Part shown: positions 40,013 through 50,068 of the stretch, in pieces
Layout: each line of letters begins with the position of its first letter
How positions within the stretch are numbered: position 1 is the first letter of the stretch
Origin: Anaeromyxobacter sp.
GTDB lineage: Bacteria > Myxococcota > Myxococcia > Myxococcales > Anaeromyxobacteraceae
Length of the DNA: 64,000 bases
Assembly (NCBI GenBank): GCA_049840735.1
Contig: JASGJN010000022.1
Location: 192,001-256,000, forward strand
Direction: 5' to 3'
Notes under the pieces: generated by a model
Database searches by the model: none
The model's input: only the letters and a program-made list of their open reading frames with translations
What the model was told of the DNA's origin: nothing
Translations under genes and position numbers: made by a program

Positions 40013-41023
40013 GTGCCCGAGGACACGCTGCAGGTCACGCTGGAGGACGTCATCGCGGCGGGGCGCGTGCTCTTCGGGCCCGCGTTCCACGCGCAGGGCC
40101 AGGGCTGGCGCGCCGACCTCAAGACCACCTACAAGCGGCGCGCGCTGGAGACGCACCCGGACCGCGCCCGCTCGGTCGGCCGCTCGGAGAGCGACCTCTC
40201 GTCCGAGTTCCGCCGCGTCGCCGACGCCTACCGCGTCCTCTCCCAGCTCGCCGCCGGGCCGCTCCCCACCGCCGCGCCGGTCGACCCGCCCGCCCCACCG
40301 CGCCCGCCGCGCCCCCGCCCCCCGCCGACCGCGCGCGCCGCGCGCCCCCAGCCGCCGCCGGCCCAGCCGCCTCCTCCCGCCGCCGAGCCGCCGCCCGGCG
40401 CGCGCCGGCCCGCCAGCGAGGCCCGCGACGCGGCCCGCAGGCGCGCCGAGGCCGCCGCCGCGGCTGCGGCCGCCGAGGCCGCCGCGAACGCGGCCGCCCC
40501 CGAGCCGCCGCCCGGCCGCGCGCAGCGCCCCGCTCCCTCCGCCGCCGCGCCCGGCCCCGCCGCGGCGCCGGCCCGCGATCCCGGGTCCACCGTCCCCGGC
40601 CACCGGGTCCGCTACTCCGTCCACCCCGACCAGCTCCCGCGCCGCAAGCTGCGCTTCGCCGAGTACCTGTACTACACCGGCCGTGTACCCTGGACGGCGC
40701 TGGTCGAGGCCATCGCCTGGCAGCGCACGCAGCGTCCGCCGGTGGGGCGCATCGCCGTGGAGTGGGGCTTCCTGGAGCCGGACGACGTGGGGAGGATCCT
40801 CGAGCAGCGCCGGGTGGAGAGCGCGACCGCGACGCCGTTCGGGGAGTACGCGGTGCGGCTGGGCTACCTGACGTCGTTCCAGCTGCTGGCCGTGCTGGGC
40901 CGCCAGCTGCGCCTGCAGCGCCGGATCGGCGAGTTCTTCGTCGCGCGCGGGTGGCTGGACGCGGAGGAGATCGACGACCTCCGCCGCCGGATCGCGCGCC
41001 ACAACGCGAAGTGGAAGGCGTAG
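40013..41023 (+). CDS. J-domain protein with C-terminal MshEN-like repeats
   Basis: YKRRALETHPD...F..V..AY.VL J-domain; Pro/Ala linker; four G-x6/7-G-hydrophobic repeats. Confidence 0.75.
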   Translation: MPEDTLQVTLEDVIAAGRVLFGPAFHAQGQGWRADLKTTYKRRALETHPDRARSVGRSESDLSSEFRRVADAYRVLSQLAAGPLPTAAPVDPPAPPRPPRPRPPPTARAARPQPPPAQPPPPAAEPPPGARRPASEARDAARRRAEAAAAAAAAEAAANAAAPEPPPGRAQRPAPSAAAPGPAAAPARDPGSTVPGHRVRYSVHPDQLPRRKLRFAEYLYYTGRVPWTALVEAIAWQRTQRPPVGRIAVEWGFLEPDDVGRILEQRRVESATATPFGEYAVRLGYLTSFQLLAVLGRQLRLQRRIGEFFVARGWLDAEEIDDLRRRIARHNAKWKA

Positions 41024-41053
41024 CGGCGGTCCGCCGCCGGCAGGCGAGGCACG

Positions 41054-42055
41054 CTACCGCCGGCGGAACAGGTCCACCAGCACCGCCACCAGCACCACGC
41101 CGCCGATGATGACCCGCTCCCAGTAGCCGGACACGTCCAGCAGGACGATGCCGTTGGCGAGGACCGCCATCAGCAGCGCGCCGAGCGTGGTGCCCACGAT
41201 GGACCCCTCGCCGCCCCGCAGGCTGGTCCCGCCGATGATGGCCGCGGTGATGGCGCCCATCAGCCAGCCCTGGCCGACGGACGGCTGGGCGGCGTCCATG
41301 CGGCTGGCGTAGAGGATGCCCGCCAGCGCCGCGAACAGGCCCGCCAGGCCGAACACCGCCAGCTCCACCCGCGCGACCCGGATGCCGACCAGCGCCGCGG
41401 CGTCGCGGTTGCCGCCCATGGCGTAGATGTTCCGGCCGAAGCGGGAGCGCGAGAGGACCCACCACAGCACCACGTCGGCGGCGAGGAAGATCAGCACCGG
41501 CACCGGGATGGAGAGGAGCTCCCCCTGGCCGAAGACGCGGAAGGTCTCGCCCAGCGGGCGGATCGGGTAGCCCTTGGTGATGACCAGCGTGAGCCCGGCG
41601 AAGATCTCGCCCGAGGCCAGGGTCACGATGAACGGGTTGAGCTTCAGCCGGGCCACGAAGGCGCCGTTCACGAGCCCCAGCCCCATCCCGAAGAGCGCGG
41701 TCAGCGGCACGACGAGGTACGGGTGCACGCCGGCCCGGGTCAGGAGCAGCGAGCCGATGATGGCGGAGAAGGCGGCGTTGGTGCCCACCGAGAGGTCGAT
41801 GCCGCCGGCCAGGAGCACCAGCGTCTGGCCCAGCGCCACCAGCCCCACGAACGAGGCCTGCCGCGCCACCACGCTCAGGTTGTACGGCGAGAGGAACCCG
41901 GGCGCGGCCCAGGCGAGCGCGCCCAGCAGCAGCAGCAGGGCCAGCGTGATCCCGCTCGCCTCCCAGCGCCGGATCCGCCCGACGAGCTGCCCCAGCGAGC
42001 GGCGCGGGTTCGCGGCCTGGGGGGCGGGAGAGGTCTGTTCCGGGTGGTCGTGCAT
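41054..42055 (-). CDS. Monosaccharide ABC transporter permease (RbsC-like)
   Basis: GGIDLSVG, PFIVTL, FGRNIYAMGGN..AA.LVGI, AAIIGGTSL.GG.GS. Confidence 0.9.
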   Translation of the reverse strand: MHDHPEQTSPAPQAANPRRSLGQLVGRIRRWEASGITLALLLLLGALAWAAPGFLSPYNLSVVARQASFVGLVALGQTLVLLAGGIDLSVGTNAAFSAIIGSLLLTRAGVHPYLVVPLTALFGMGLGLVNGAFVARLKLNPFIVTLASGEIFAGLTLVITKGYPIRPLGETFRVFGQGELLSIPVPVLIFLAADVVLWWVLSRSRFGRNIYAMGGNRDAAALVGIRVARVELAVFGLAGLFAALAGILYASRMDAAQPSVGQGWLMGAITAAIIGGTSLRGGEGSIVGTTLGALLMAVLANGIVLLDVSGYWERVIIGGVVLVAVLVDLFRRR

Positions 42056-42057
42056 GG

Positions 42058-43545
42058 TCAGCTCATCGCCTGCCGGAGGAGGGACTCCTGGGTGGCCTCG
42101 CGGGCGTCGGCGACGCCCTTCACCAGCCCCTCGTGCATGACGAGGATCCGGTCGGAGATCTCGAGCACCTCCTCCAGCTCGGAGGAGATGTAGACCAGCG
42201 AGAGCCCCTCGCCGGCCAGCCGCCGCAGGTGCGCCTGGATCTCGCCCTTGGCGTGCACGTCGATGCCGCGGGTCGGCTCGTCCAGCACCAGGATGCGGCT
42301 CCCGGCCATCAGCCAGCGCGCCAGGATCACCTTCTGCTGGTTGCCGCCGCTCAGGCTGGTGATGGGGTCGGAGGGGTCGCCGAGCTTGATGCGCAGCCGC
42401 GCGACCTGCGCCGCCACCTCGCGCAGCAGCGCGCCGGAGCGGAGGCCGAGCGGGCCGCGGAACCGGCCCAGCGAAGGCTGGGCCATGTTCTCCGCGATGC
42501 TCAGCACCGGGAAGATGCCCTCCTGCTTCCGCTCCTCGGGCAGGTAGACCAGCCCCAGCGCGGCGGCGTCGGCGGGGTGGCGGATGCGCGCCGGGCGCCC
42601 CTCCACCTCGATGGTGCCGGCCTGCGGGCGGGTCACGCCGAACAGGCACTTGCCCAGCTCGGTGCGCCCCGAGCCGATCAGCCCGGCCACGCCCAGGATC
42701 TCCCCGCGGTGCAGGTCGAAGCTCACGTCGCGGAACTCGCCGGCGCGGGTGAGGCCCCGGACGCGCAGGACCACCGCCTCGGTCTGCCGCGCCGCGCGCT
42801 GGCTGGCCGCCCCTTCCACGCTGCGGCCGGCCATGTGCCGGACCAGCTCGTCCTTGCTGGTCGCGCCGGGCGCGAGCTCGGCCACCAGCTCGCCGTCGCG
42901 CATGACCGAGATCCGGTCCGAGAGGGCCAGCACCTCGTCCAGCCGGTGCGAGATGTAGAACACCGCCCCGCCGCGCGCCCGGAAGGCGCGGATGAAGTCG
43001 AAGAGCCGGCCCGACTCGCGGTAGGTGAGGGCGGCGGTGGGCTCGTCGAAGATCAGCACCTCGGCCGAGGTGGCGGCGGCCCGGGCGATCTGCACCAGCT
43101 GCTGCTGCGGCTTGCTCAGCGCCTGGACCGGCGCGTCGAGCGGGATGCCGGGGTCGATCTCGCGGACGTGCGCCGCGGCCTGCGCGCGGGTCCGCGCCCA
43201 GTCGATGGCCCGCAGCCGCCCCAGCGGCTGCGCGCCCAGCAGGACGTTCTCCGCCACCGTGAGCGCGGGGACCAGGTTCACCTCCTGGGGCGCGATGGCC
43301 ACGCCGGCGCGCTGCGCGTCGAGCGGGGAGCGGAAGGCGACCGGCGCGCCGCGCCGGTGGAGGGCGCCGCTGGTCGGCGCGAGCCGGCCGCAGAAGAGGC
43401 TCATGAGCGTGCTCTTGCCGGCGCCGTTCTCGCCCACCACGGCGTGCACCTCGCCGGCGCGGATCCCCAGCGTCACGCGGGAGACCGCCTGCACCACCCC
43501 GAAGCTCTTGGAGACGTCGCGCGCCTCCAGCAGCCACTCGCTCAC
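42058..43545 (-). CDS. Monosaccharide ABC transporter ATP-binding protein (RbsA-like)
   Basis: GENGAGKST, DEPTAAL, ISHRLDE, LSGGNQQK, DEPTRGID. Confidence 0.92.
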   Translation of the reverse strand: MSEWLLEARDVSKSFGVVQAVSRVTLGIRAGEVHAVVGENGAGKSTLMSLFCGRLAPTSGALHRRGAPVAFRSPLDAQRAGVAIAPQEVNLVPALTVAENVLLGAQPLGRLRAIDWARTRAQAAAHVREIDPGIPLDAPVQALSKPQQQLVQIARAAATSAEVLIFDEPTAALTYRESGRLFDFIRAFRARGGAVFYISHRLDEVLALSDRISVMRDGELVAELAPGATSKDELVRHMAGRSVEGAASQRAARQTEAVVLRVRGLTRAGEFRDVSFDLHRGEILGVAGLIGSGRTELGKCLFGVTRPQAGTIEVEGRPARIRHPADAAALGLVYLPEERKQEGIFPVLSIAENMAQPSLGRFRGPLGLRSGALLREVAAQVARLRIKLGDPSDPITSLSGGNQQKVILARWLMAGSRILVLDEPTRGIDVHAKGEIQAHLRRLAGEGLSLVYISSELEEVLEISDRILVMHEGLVKGVADAREATQESLLRQAMS

Positions 43546-43603
43546 GCGGCACCTCGTGGGCCGGCGCGCCCCGCGACCGCGGGTGCGCGCCGGCCGCGGT
43601 GGC

Positions 43604-44557
43604 TCACTTCAGCAGGTCCTTGGTCAGGATCTGCGAGCCGGTGGCGTGGACCTTCGGCACGGTGTGGTTCTGGTTCATGGCGATGAGGTACTTCACGCCC
43701 CAGTAGCCGATCTCCCACTGCCGCTGCGCCTTCACGCCGGCGATGGAGCCGTCCTTGATGTGCTCCAGCGTCTCCGGGAGGTCGTCCATGCCGACGATGG
43801 TGACCTGGCCGGTCTTCTTGGCGTTGATCACGGCCCGGGCCGCGCCGATGGGGTTGGAGGCGTTGGAGCCGAAGATGCCCGCCAGGTCGGGGTTGGCCTG
43901 CAGCGCGTTCTCGGTGAGGCTGACGGCCTTCTCCAGGTTGTCCTCGTCCGGCTGCTCGAACACGATCTTGATGTTGGGGTGCTTCGCCATCGCGTCCTTG
44001 AAGCCCTTCACGCGGGCGGCGTGGTTGGTGGCGGTCAGGCTGCCGGAGAGGATGCCCACCTTGCCCTTGTCGCCGATCTTCTTCGCCAGGAACTCGGCCA
44101 GGTCCCAGCCGTCCTGGTAGTCGCCCTTGTGGCCGACGAAGACGAAGTCATCGGCGCAGAAGGTGTCGAAGGTGATGGTGTTGATGCCGGCCTTGACCGA
44201 CTCCTTGAGGAGCTGGACGTTGGTGGCGGGATCGAGGCAGGACACCGCCAGGCCGTCCGGCTTGCGGCCGATGTCGGTCTCGATGCGGCGGTTGTGATCG
44301 GCCACGTCGGCCTGCGGGGGCGCGTCCCAGATCAGCTTCACCTGGATGCCCTGGACCTTGGCCTCCTCGATGGCCTTGCGCGCGCCGGCCTGGACCACCT
44401 CGTACCAGGGGTGGACCACCTTGGGCACGAAGACGAAGGTCAGCTCCTTCTTGACGGGCTTGATGAGCTGGCCCTGGTCGAAGGCCAGCGAGGAGAGGGG
44501 GGCGAGCGTCAGGGCCGCGAGCAGCGCGCCGGCGAACCAGCAAGAGCGTCGAGACAT
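43604..44557 (-). CDS. Monosaccharide ABC transporter substrate-binding protein
   Basis: Signal peptide; VPKVVHPWY, RVKGF, IVGMDD, IKDG.I; periplasmic binding protein type I pattern. Confidence 0.88.
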   Translation of the reverse strand: MSRRSCWFAGALLAALTLAPLSSLAFDQGQLIKPVKKELTFVFVPKVVHPWYEVVQAGARKAIEEAKVQGIQVKLIWDAPPQADVADHNRRIETDIGRKPDGLAVSCLDPATNVQLLKESVKAGINTITFDTFCADDFVFVGHKGDYQDGWDLAEFLAKKIGDKGKVGILSGSLTATNHAARVKGFKDAMAKHPNIKIVFEQPDEDNLEKAVSLTENALQANPDLAGIFGSNASNPIGAARAVINAKKTGQVTIVGMDDLPETLEHIKDGSIAGVKAQRQWEIGYWGVKYLIAMNQNHTVPKVHATGSQILTKDLLK

Positions 44558-44800
44558 CTGCTTCCTCCGCGCGAGCACGGGCCTGCGCGAGCGGGCCCGG
44601 CGGGTGGTGTTCGTCGATGAGGGATTCTGAATATTTATGCTATCGACGAATGTACATGCGCACTGTAGGCTTCGCCCGGTGTCGCTGACAAGTCGTGGCG
44701 TGCGAAGGCCCCCCGCTGGGACGCGGGGAGCAGGCCGCACGCTCGCTGGTCACTCGATCCCGCCGCCGGGACCGGTCGCCGGGCGAAGCCCGTGGCGCCC

Positions 44801-45916
44801 CTACCGCACCTCGGCCAGCGCCTCCGCGTAGACCTCGCGCACCCGCTCCGCCGTGCGACGCACCGTGAACTCCTGCAGCCGGCGCCGCCCGCCCTCCACC
44901 AGCCGCGCCCGCAGCGCCGGGTCGCGCAGCAGCCGCTCCACGGCCGCCGCCAGCGCCGGCACGTCGCTCACGGCGGCCAGCAGCCCGGTCTCGCCGTCGA
45001 CCACCACCTCCGGGATGCCGCCGGCCCGGGTGGACACCACCGGCACGCCGGCCGCGAAGGCGTCCAGCAGCGTCGTGCCCAGCCCCTCGGTGACCGAGGG
45101 GAAGAGCAGCACCGCGAGCTCCGCCAGCAGCGGCGGGACGTCGGCGCGGAAGCCGGTCAGCGCCACCTTCCCGGCCAGGCCGCGCGCGCGCAGGTCGGCC
45201 TCGATGGCGCCGCGCTCCTCGCCCTCGCCCACCAGCGCGAAGCGGACGTCGAGGCCGCGGTCCAGCAGCGCCGCCGCCACCGCCACGAAGGTCGGGTGGC
45301 CCTTGTGCGCCGCCAGCGCGGCCACGTTCCCGACGACGGGCACCTCCGGCGCCAGCCCCAGCTCGCGGTGGAGCCGTCCGTCCGCCGCCACGCCCTGGAA
45401 GCGGGCCAGGTCCACCCCGCTGTGGACCACCCGCAGCCGCCGGTCCGGTTCGCGCACCGCCGGGCGCAGCACCTCGGCGATGGCGCCGGAGACGCAGACG
45501 ATGCGCCGGACCGCGCGGTGGTCGTACTTCCAGCGGGTGAAGCGGTCGCGCTTGATGGGGAAGTCGACGCGCCGGTGGACGATCACCGGGGCCCGAAGGC
45601 CGAACAGGGAGGCGGCCAGCACCGCCGCCGTGTGGGCGTGCGGATCGTGGGCGTGAACCACCGCCGCGCCCAGCTCCGCCGCCGCGCGCGCCACGCCGCG
45701 GGCGAAGAACGGGTCCACCGCGCCGCGGCGGCGGAGCGGCACCACGCGGAAGCCCCGCTCGCGGGCGCGCCGCTCCAGCTCCGACCCCGCGACGCAGGCC
45801 AGCGCCTGCGGGACGTCCAGGGCGCCCAGCTGGGCGTAGAGCGAGGCGACCTGCTGCTCTCCGCCCCGCCAGGTGCGCGCGGAGGAGACGTGGAGGACGG
45901 CGTCGGAGGTGGTCAC
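44801..45916 (-). CDS. Glycosyltransferase family 4 (LPS-type)
   Basis: WRGGEQQ, HKGH, EGLGTTLLDA, GGIPEVV.DGETG. Confidence 0.88.
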   Translation of the reverse strand: MTTSDAVLHVSSARTWRGGEQQVASLYAQLGALDVPQALACVAGSELERRARERGFRVVPLRRRGAVDPFFARGVARAAAELGAAVVHAHDPHAHTAAVLAASLFGLRAPVIVHRRVDFPIKRDRFTRWKYDHRAVRRIVCVSGAIAEVLRPAVREPDRRLRVVHSGVDLARFQGVAADGRLHRELGLAPEVPVVGNVAALAAHKGHPTFVAVAAALLDRGLDVRFALVGEGEERGAIEADLRARGLAGKVALTGFRADVPPLLAELAVLLFPSVTEGLGTTLLDAFAAGVPVVSTRAGGIPEVVVDGETGLLAAVSDVPALAAAVERLLRDPALRARLVEGGRRRLQEFTVRRTAERVREVYAEALAEVR

Positions 45917-45970
45917 CCCGCCATCGTAGCCCGGCTTGGGCAGGTTGGGTTGGCCGCGCCGCGCGCGGCG

Positions 45971-46753
45971 CTACGGCGCCGGGGCGTCCGGCCGCTGCCG
46001 CGCCTCGCGGTGCAGGTCCCAGAGCCGGACCTGCTTGAGCAGCGCCGCCTGCGCGTGCATGGCGGCCAGCACGAAGCCGTGCAGGCCGTCCAGGAACCCC
46101 CGCTTCACGACGTAGGCGCGGAAGAACGTGACCAGCGGGGAGAAGACGATGCCCAGCGCGGAGGGGCGCCGCCCGCGCGAGAGCCGGTGCTGCGCCGCCA
46201 GGGCCGAGTAGTGGGCCACCTTGGCGACGTGGTCCGGGAACCGCTCGCAGGCCCGGTGCAGGAGCTGTCCGGGCAGGCGGGTGATCGTGGTGCCGGGCGC
46301 GAGCCGCAGCGACTCGTGCACCAGGGCGTCGTCCCAGGACGCCTGGCCGCGGTGGAACAGGCGCACCTTGCGGTCCGGGTACTCGAAGCCGTGCCGGATC
46401 CAGCGGCCGTAGAACCAGTTGAGCCGCGCGGAGGCGTAGGCGCCCGAGAGCCCGGCCTGCTTGGCCTGGAGGATGGCGGCGCGCAGCGGCTCGTCCAGCG
46501 CCTCGTCCGCGTCGAGCGAGAGGATCCAGTCGTGGGCGGCCAGCGCGTTGGCCCGGTTCTTCTGCGGGCCGAAGCCGAGCCAGTCCTGGTGGACCACCCG
46601 CGCGCCCAGCGCCTCGCAGGCGGCCACGGTCCCGTCCGTCGAGCCCGAGTCCACCACCAGGATCTCGTCGGCGATCCCCGCCAGCGAGCGGAGGCACCGC
46701 TCCACGGACCGCACCTCGTTCTTGGTGATCAGGACGGCCGAGACGGGATCCAT
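45971..46753 (-). CDS. Glycosyltransferase family 2 (WaaE/KdtX-like LPS core enzyme)
   Basis: SAVLITKNE, VVDSGSTDGT, GFGPQKN, WILSLDADE, VHE, GFLDG. Confidence 0.88.
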   Translation of the reverse strand: MDPVSAVLITKNEVRSVERCLRSLAGIADEILVVDSGSTDGTVAACEALGARVVHQDWLGFGPQKNRANALAAHDWILSLDADEALDEPLRAAILQAKQAGLSGAYASARLNWFYGRWIRHGFEYPDRKVRLFHRGQASWDDALVHESLRLAPGTTITRLPGQLLHRACERFPDHVAKVAHYSALAAQHRLSRGRRPSALGIVFSPLVTFFRAYVVKRGFLDGLHGFVLAAMHAQAALLKQVRLWDLHREARQRPDAPAP

Positions 46754-46808
46754 GCGTGGACCGGTGTACCGCGGCTGCGCGGGGCTGACAACGCGTCCCG
46801 GGCCGGGG

Positions 46809-47402
46809 TCAGCGCCAGAACGCCAGCAGGCGATCTCCCTCCTCCGGCATCACCACCTCCTCCACCAGCCGCAGGCCGGCGTCGCGCCCCAGCGCCGCCA
46901 GCCGCTCCACGCGGCGGACCCCCAGCGCCGGATCGTGCGCCGAGAGCTCGCGCTCGAGCCGCGCCAGCCGGCCGGCCAGCGGCGCGTCGCCGCGCGGGAA
47001 GGGGCCTTCGATCACCAGCGGCCGCCCCGGCGCCAGCGCGCGCGCGGCCCCGGCGAAGAGCGCCTCCGCGACCGGCCACGGCGTCACGTGCAGCACGTTG
47101 AGGCAGAGCAGCGCCTCGGCCTGCACCGCGTGCCACGCGTCGGCCCGCAGGTCGAGGTCGAGCGGCGGGCGCAGGTTGGGCAGCCCCGCCTCCGCCGCCC
47201 ACGCCGCGATGCTGGCCCGCGCCTCCGGATCCGGGTCGCTCGGCTGCCAGGTGAGCCCGGGGAACCGCGCGGCCAGGAAGAGCGCGTGCTCGCCCGTGCC
47301 GCTGCCCAGCTCCAGCACCGTCCCCGCCGGCGGGAGCAGCTCGTCCAGCGCGGCGGCGATCGCCTCGCGGTTGCGCAGCGCGGCGCGGGCGGTACGCTTC
47401 AC
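46809..47402 (-). CDS. DUF938-family SAM-dependent methyltransferase
   Basis: RNREAI, VLELGSGTGEHA, WQPSD, NVLHV.PW, GPF. Confidence 0.82.
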   Translation of the reverse strand: MKRTARAALRNREAIAAALDELLPPAGTVLELGSGTGEHALFLAARFPGLTWQPSDPDPEARASIAAWAAEAGLPNLRPPLDLDLRADAWHAVQAEALLCLNVLHVTPWPVAEALFAGAARALAPGRPLVIEGPFPRGDAPLAGRLARLERELSAHDPALGVRRVERLAALGRDAGLRLVEEVVMPEEGDRLLAFWR

Positions 47403-47548
47403 GGACGTGAGTATGCCCGCCGGCGCCCCCGGCCGCGAGCGCCGCGCCCGGCCAGCCGCTCCCCCGCGCCAGGGACCCCGCCGCCCGGCTTCCCGGGGGC
47501 CCCCGCGGCGCGCCCTTCCGGATTAAGGTGACGATCCCAGGAGCCCCG

Positions 47549-48676
47549 ATGCCCCCTCGCCCCGCCCCCGTCCTCCGCAGCGCCACCCTCGCCCTGGCCG
47601 CCCTGGCCCTGGCCTGCGCCGGGGTCCGCCCGGCCGGCGCACCCAGCCTGGAGCGGCGCAGCTTCCAGGTGGAGGACCGCGGCGCCCTGGAGGTGGGCAT
47701 CCCGGCGGGCTGGAGCGTGCGCGAGGTGGAGGGCTCCGGCCAGCTGCCCGGCTCCACGCTCGAGCTGGCGCCGCGCGACCGCGCCTTCGTGCTGCACCTG
47801 ACCCCGCTCGCGAACCCGGCCCAGGGCGCCACCGCCGGGGCCGACGCGGCGCAGGTCATGGCCGAGCTGGCCCGCCGCTCCGCCAGCGAGTCGGCCGTCG
47901 AGCGCGAGATCGCCCTCCAGGAGCTGCGCGGGCAGGCGGGCGTGCACGGGTACTGGTTCGCCGTCACCGACCGGACCATGGAGGGGCGGACCGCGAAGCC
48001 GGAGGAGTTCCGCCACCTGCTGCAGGGCGCGGCCTCGGTGGGGGACCTGATCGTCGTCTTCACGCTGCTCGACAACGCCGAGGGGCCGCAGCGGGAGCAG
48101 GTGCTGGAGCTGGTGCGCGGGGCCCGCCAGCTGGGCGGCGAGCCGGCGCGGGCCGGCGGGGCGGGCGCCGATCGCGAGGCTGGCCCCGCGGACGGGCTGG
48201 AGCGGGACCCGGGCGCCGCCACCGAGCCGGCGGTGCTGGGCACGGGCGACGGCAAGGTGACGGCGCTGGTGGACCTGCCCGGCTTCACGCTCTACAAGCC
48301 GCGCCTCGCCTCCGACGGCGGGAGCGCGCTGCTGGTGGCCGAGCAGCCGGGGGAGGGGCTGGTGGCGTCGCTGCTGCTCACCCGCCAGGAGGGCGCCAGC
48401 GACGCGCGCAGCTGCCGCGACCAGGCGCTGGACCGCATCCAGCGCGCCGAGCCCGGCGTGGAGGCGCTGGAGCGGAGCGAGCGCGCCGGCGCGGCCCGCG
48501 CCACCTACGCGGTCCACGAGGCCGGCGGCGGGACGCTGCACCACGCGCACGCCTTCCTGCAGCGCGACGGCGTCTGCGTCAGCGTGCACGTGAGCGCCGG
48601 CGGCCAGACCACGCGGCAGCAGCAGCAGCGGCTGGAGCGGATCCTGGCCTCGCTGCGGCTGTCCGAGGTGCTTTAG
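47549..48676 (+). CDS. Hypothetical lipoprotein
   Basis: Lipobox-like ALAC; two globular-looking halves; host-like codon usage. Confidence 0.6.
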   Translation: MPPRPAPVLRSATLALAALALACAGVRPAGAPSLERRSFQVEDRGALEVGIPAGWSVREVEGSGQLPGSTLELAPRDRAFVLHLTPLANPAQGATAGADAAQVMAELARRSASESAVEREIALQELRGQAGVHGYWFAVTDRTMEGRTAKPEEFRHLLQGAASVGDLIVVFTLLDNAEGPQREQVLELVRGARQLGGEPARAGGAGADREAGPADGLERDPGAATEPAVLGTGDGKVTALVDLPGFTLYKPRLASDGGSALLVAEQPGEGLVASLLLTRQEGASDARSCRDQALDRIQRAEPGVEALERSERAGAARATYAVHEAGGGTLHHAHAFLQRDGVCVSVHVSAGGQTTRQQQQRLERILASLRLSEVL

Positions 48677-48713
48677 GACCCACGCCGCCGCGGAGTGCGG
48701 TAGGACCATCGCC

Positions 48714-49451
48714 ATGGTGGAGCCCTTCCGCGAGCCGTTCGTCGTCCACACCTACGGAACCGACGCCTTCCTCACGCTGGCCACCCCGGCGCTGACCGGG
48801 TTCCTGATGGAGGCCGCCGGGCTGCACGCCCAGGCGCTCAACGTGGGCGTGGAGGGGCTCTGGGCGCGCGGGCTGTCCTGGGTGATCGGCCGGCTGCGGC
48901 TGGAGCTCGACCGGCCCATCCGGCTGGGCGAGACCCTGGAGATCGAGACCTGGCCCTCCGGCATCGACCGGCTGGCGGCGCTGCGCGACTTCCGCGTCAC
49001 CGCCGGCGGCGAGGAGGTGGCCCGCGCCTCGACGCAGTGGTTCGTGCTCGACCTCACCACCCGCCGCCCGGTGAAGCTGGAGGGCGTGCTCGACCCGCGC
49101 TTCCCGCGCGACGGCGCCCACGCGGTGGCCTTCACGCCCGGCAAGCTGCCCGAGCTGGCCACCTGGGACTTCCAGAAGCGGTTCCACATCCGCTACGCCG
49201 ACATGGACGTGAACGGCCACGTCAACAACGGCTCCTACCTGGCCTGGGCGCTCGAGGCCGTGCCGCGCGAGGTCTGGGCCGGCCTGCGCCTCTCCGCGCT
49301 GGAGGTGCAGTACCTGGCCGAGTGCCGCGAGGGCAGCGCCATCCTCTCGCGCCAGTCGCTCACCGGCGAGGCCGCCTACGCGCACGCCATCGTCCGCGAG
49401 GAGGACGGCAAGGAGCTGGCCCGGGCGACGACACGGTGGGTGAAGCGGTAG
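48714..49451 (+). CDS. Acyl-ACP thioesterase (double hot-dog)
   Basis: IETWP, RDF, W.VLD..TRRP, RYADMDVNGHVNN. Confidence 0.88.
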   Translation: MVEPFREPFVVHTYGTDAFLTLATPALTGFLMEAAGLHAQALNVGVEGLWARGLSWVIGRLRLELDRPIRLGETLEIETWPSGIDRLAALRDFRVTAGGEEVARASTQWFVLDLTTRRPVKLEGVLDPRFPRDGAHAVAFTPGKLPELATWDFQKRFHIRYADMDVNGHVNNGSYLAWALEAVPREVWAGLRLSALEVQYLAECREGSAILSRQSLTGEAAYAHAIVREEDGKELARATTRWVKR

Positions 49452-49458
49452 GCCCGGG

Positions 49459-49506
49459 CCTTCGACTCCGCGAGCCCTGCGGGCTCGCTGCGCTCAGGCC
49501 GGACGG
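49459..49506 (+). repeat. REP-like repeat
   Basis: CCTTCGACTCC-GCGAGCCC-tgc-GGGCTCGC-TGCGCTCAGGCCGGACGG. Confidence 0.85.
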
Positions 49507-49530
49507 GCGGTGAAGGGGCCGCTCCGAGCC

Positions 49531-50064
49531 CTACCCGAACACCGCCCGCGCCACCAGCACGGCCGCGATCATCCCGGCCAGGTCGGCCAGCAGGCCGGCC
49601 GCCAGCGCCTGGCGGTAGCGCGTGACGCCCGCCGCGCCCATGTAGACCGCCAGCACGTAGAAGGTGGTCTCGGTCGAGCCCGCCATGATGGAGGCCACCC
49701 GGCCGGCCCAGGAGTCCGGCCCCTCGGTGCGCAGCACGTCCCCCACCACGCCCAGCGCCGCGCCGCCCGAGAGCGGGCGGACCAGCGCCACCGGCAGCAC
49801 CGAGGGCGGCAGCCCCAGCGCCGAGGTGAGCGGCGCCAGCGCCTGCGCCGCCGCGTCCAGCGCCCCCGAGGCGCGCAGCATGGCCAGCAGCACGAAGATG
49901 GCCACCAGCGGCGGGATGATCCGCACCGCGGTCTCGAAGCCCTGCTTGGCGCCGTCCAGGAAGACCGGGTAGACGTTCACGCGCCGGGTGAGCGCCAGGA
50001 GCGGGATCCCCACCAGCAGCAGCGGGATGGCCCAGGTGGAGATGGCGTCCAGGACGGACTTCAG
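49531..50064 (-). CDS. spmB: SpmB-family membrane protein; start codon uncertain
   Basis: VY..F.DGAK.GF, RASGALD, RPLSG, GSTETTFYVLAVY.G. The frame stays open upstream (LKSVLDAISTWAIP) without an ATG. Confidence 0.8.
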   Translation of the reverse strand: MKSVLDAISTWAIPLLLVGIPLLALTRRVNVYPVFLDGAKQGFETAVRIIPPLVAIFVLLAMLRASGALDAAAQALAPLTSALGLPPSVLPVALVRPLSGGAALGVVGDVLRTEGPDSWAGRVASIMAGSTETTFYVLAVYMGAAGVTRYRQALAAGLLADLAGMIAAVLVARAVFG

Positions 50065-50068
50065 CGTC

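Noticed and set aside
44618..44670. AT-rich stretch with imperfect palindrome TGTACATGCGCA upstream of the sugar ABC operon
   Set aside because: Plausible promoter or LacI-type operator, but symmetry is weak and no regulator gene is adjacent.
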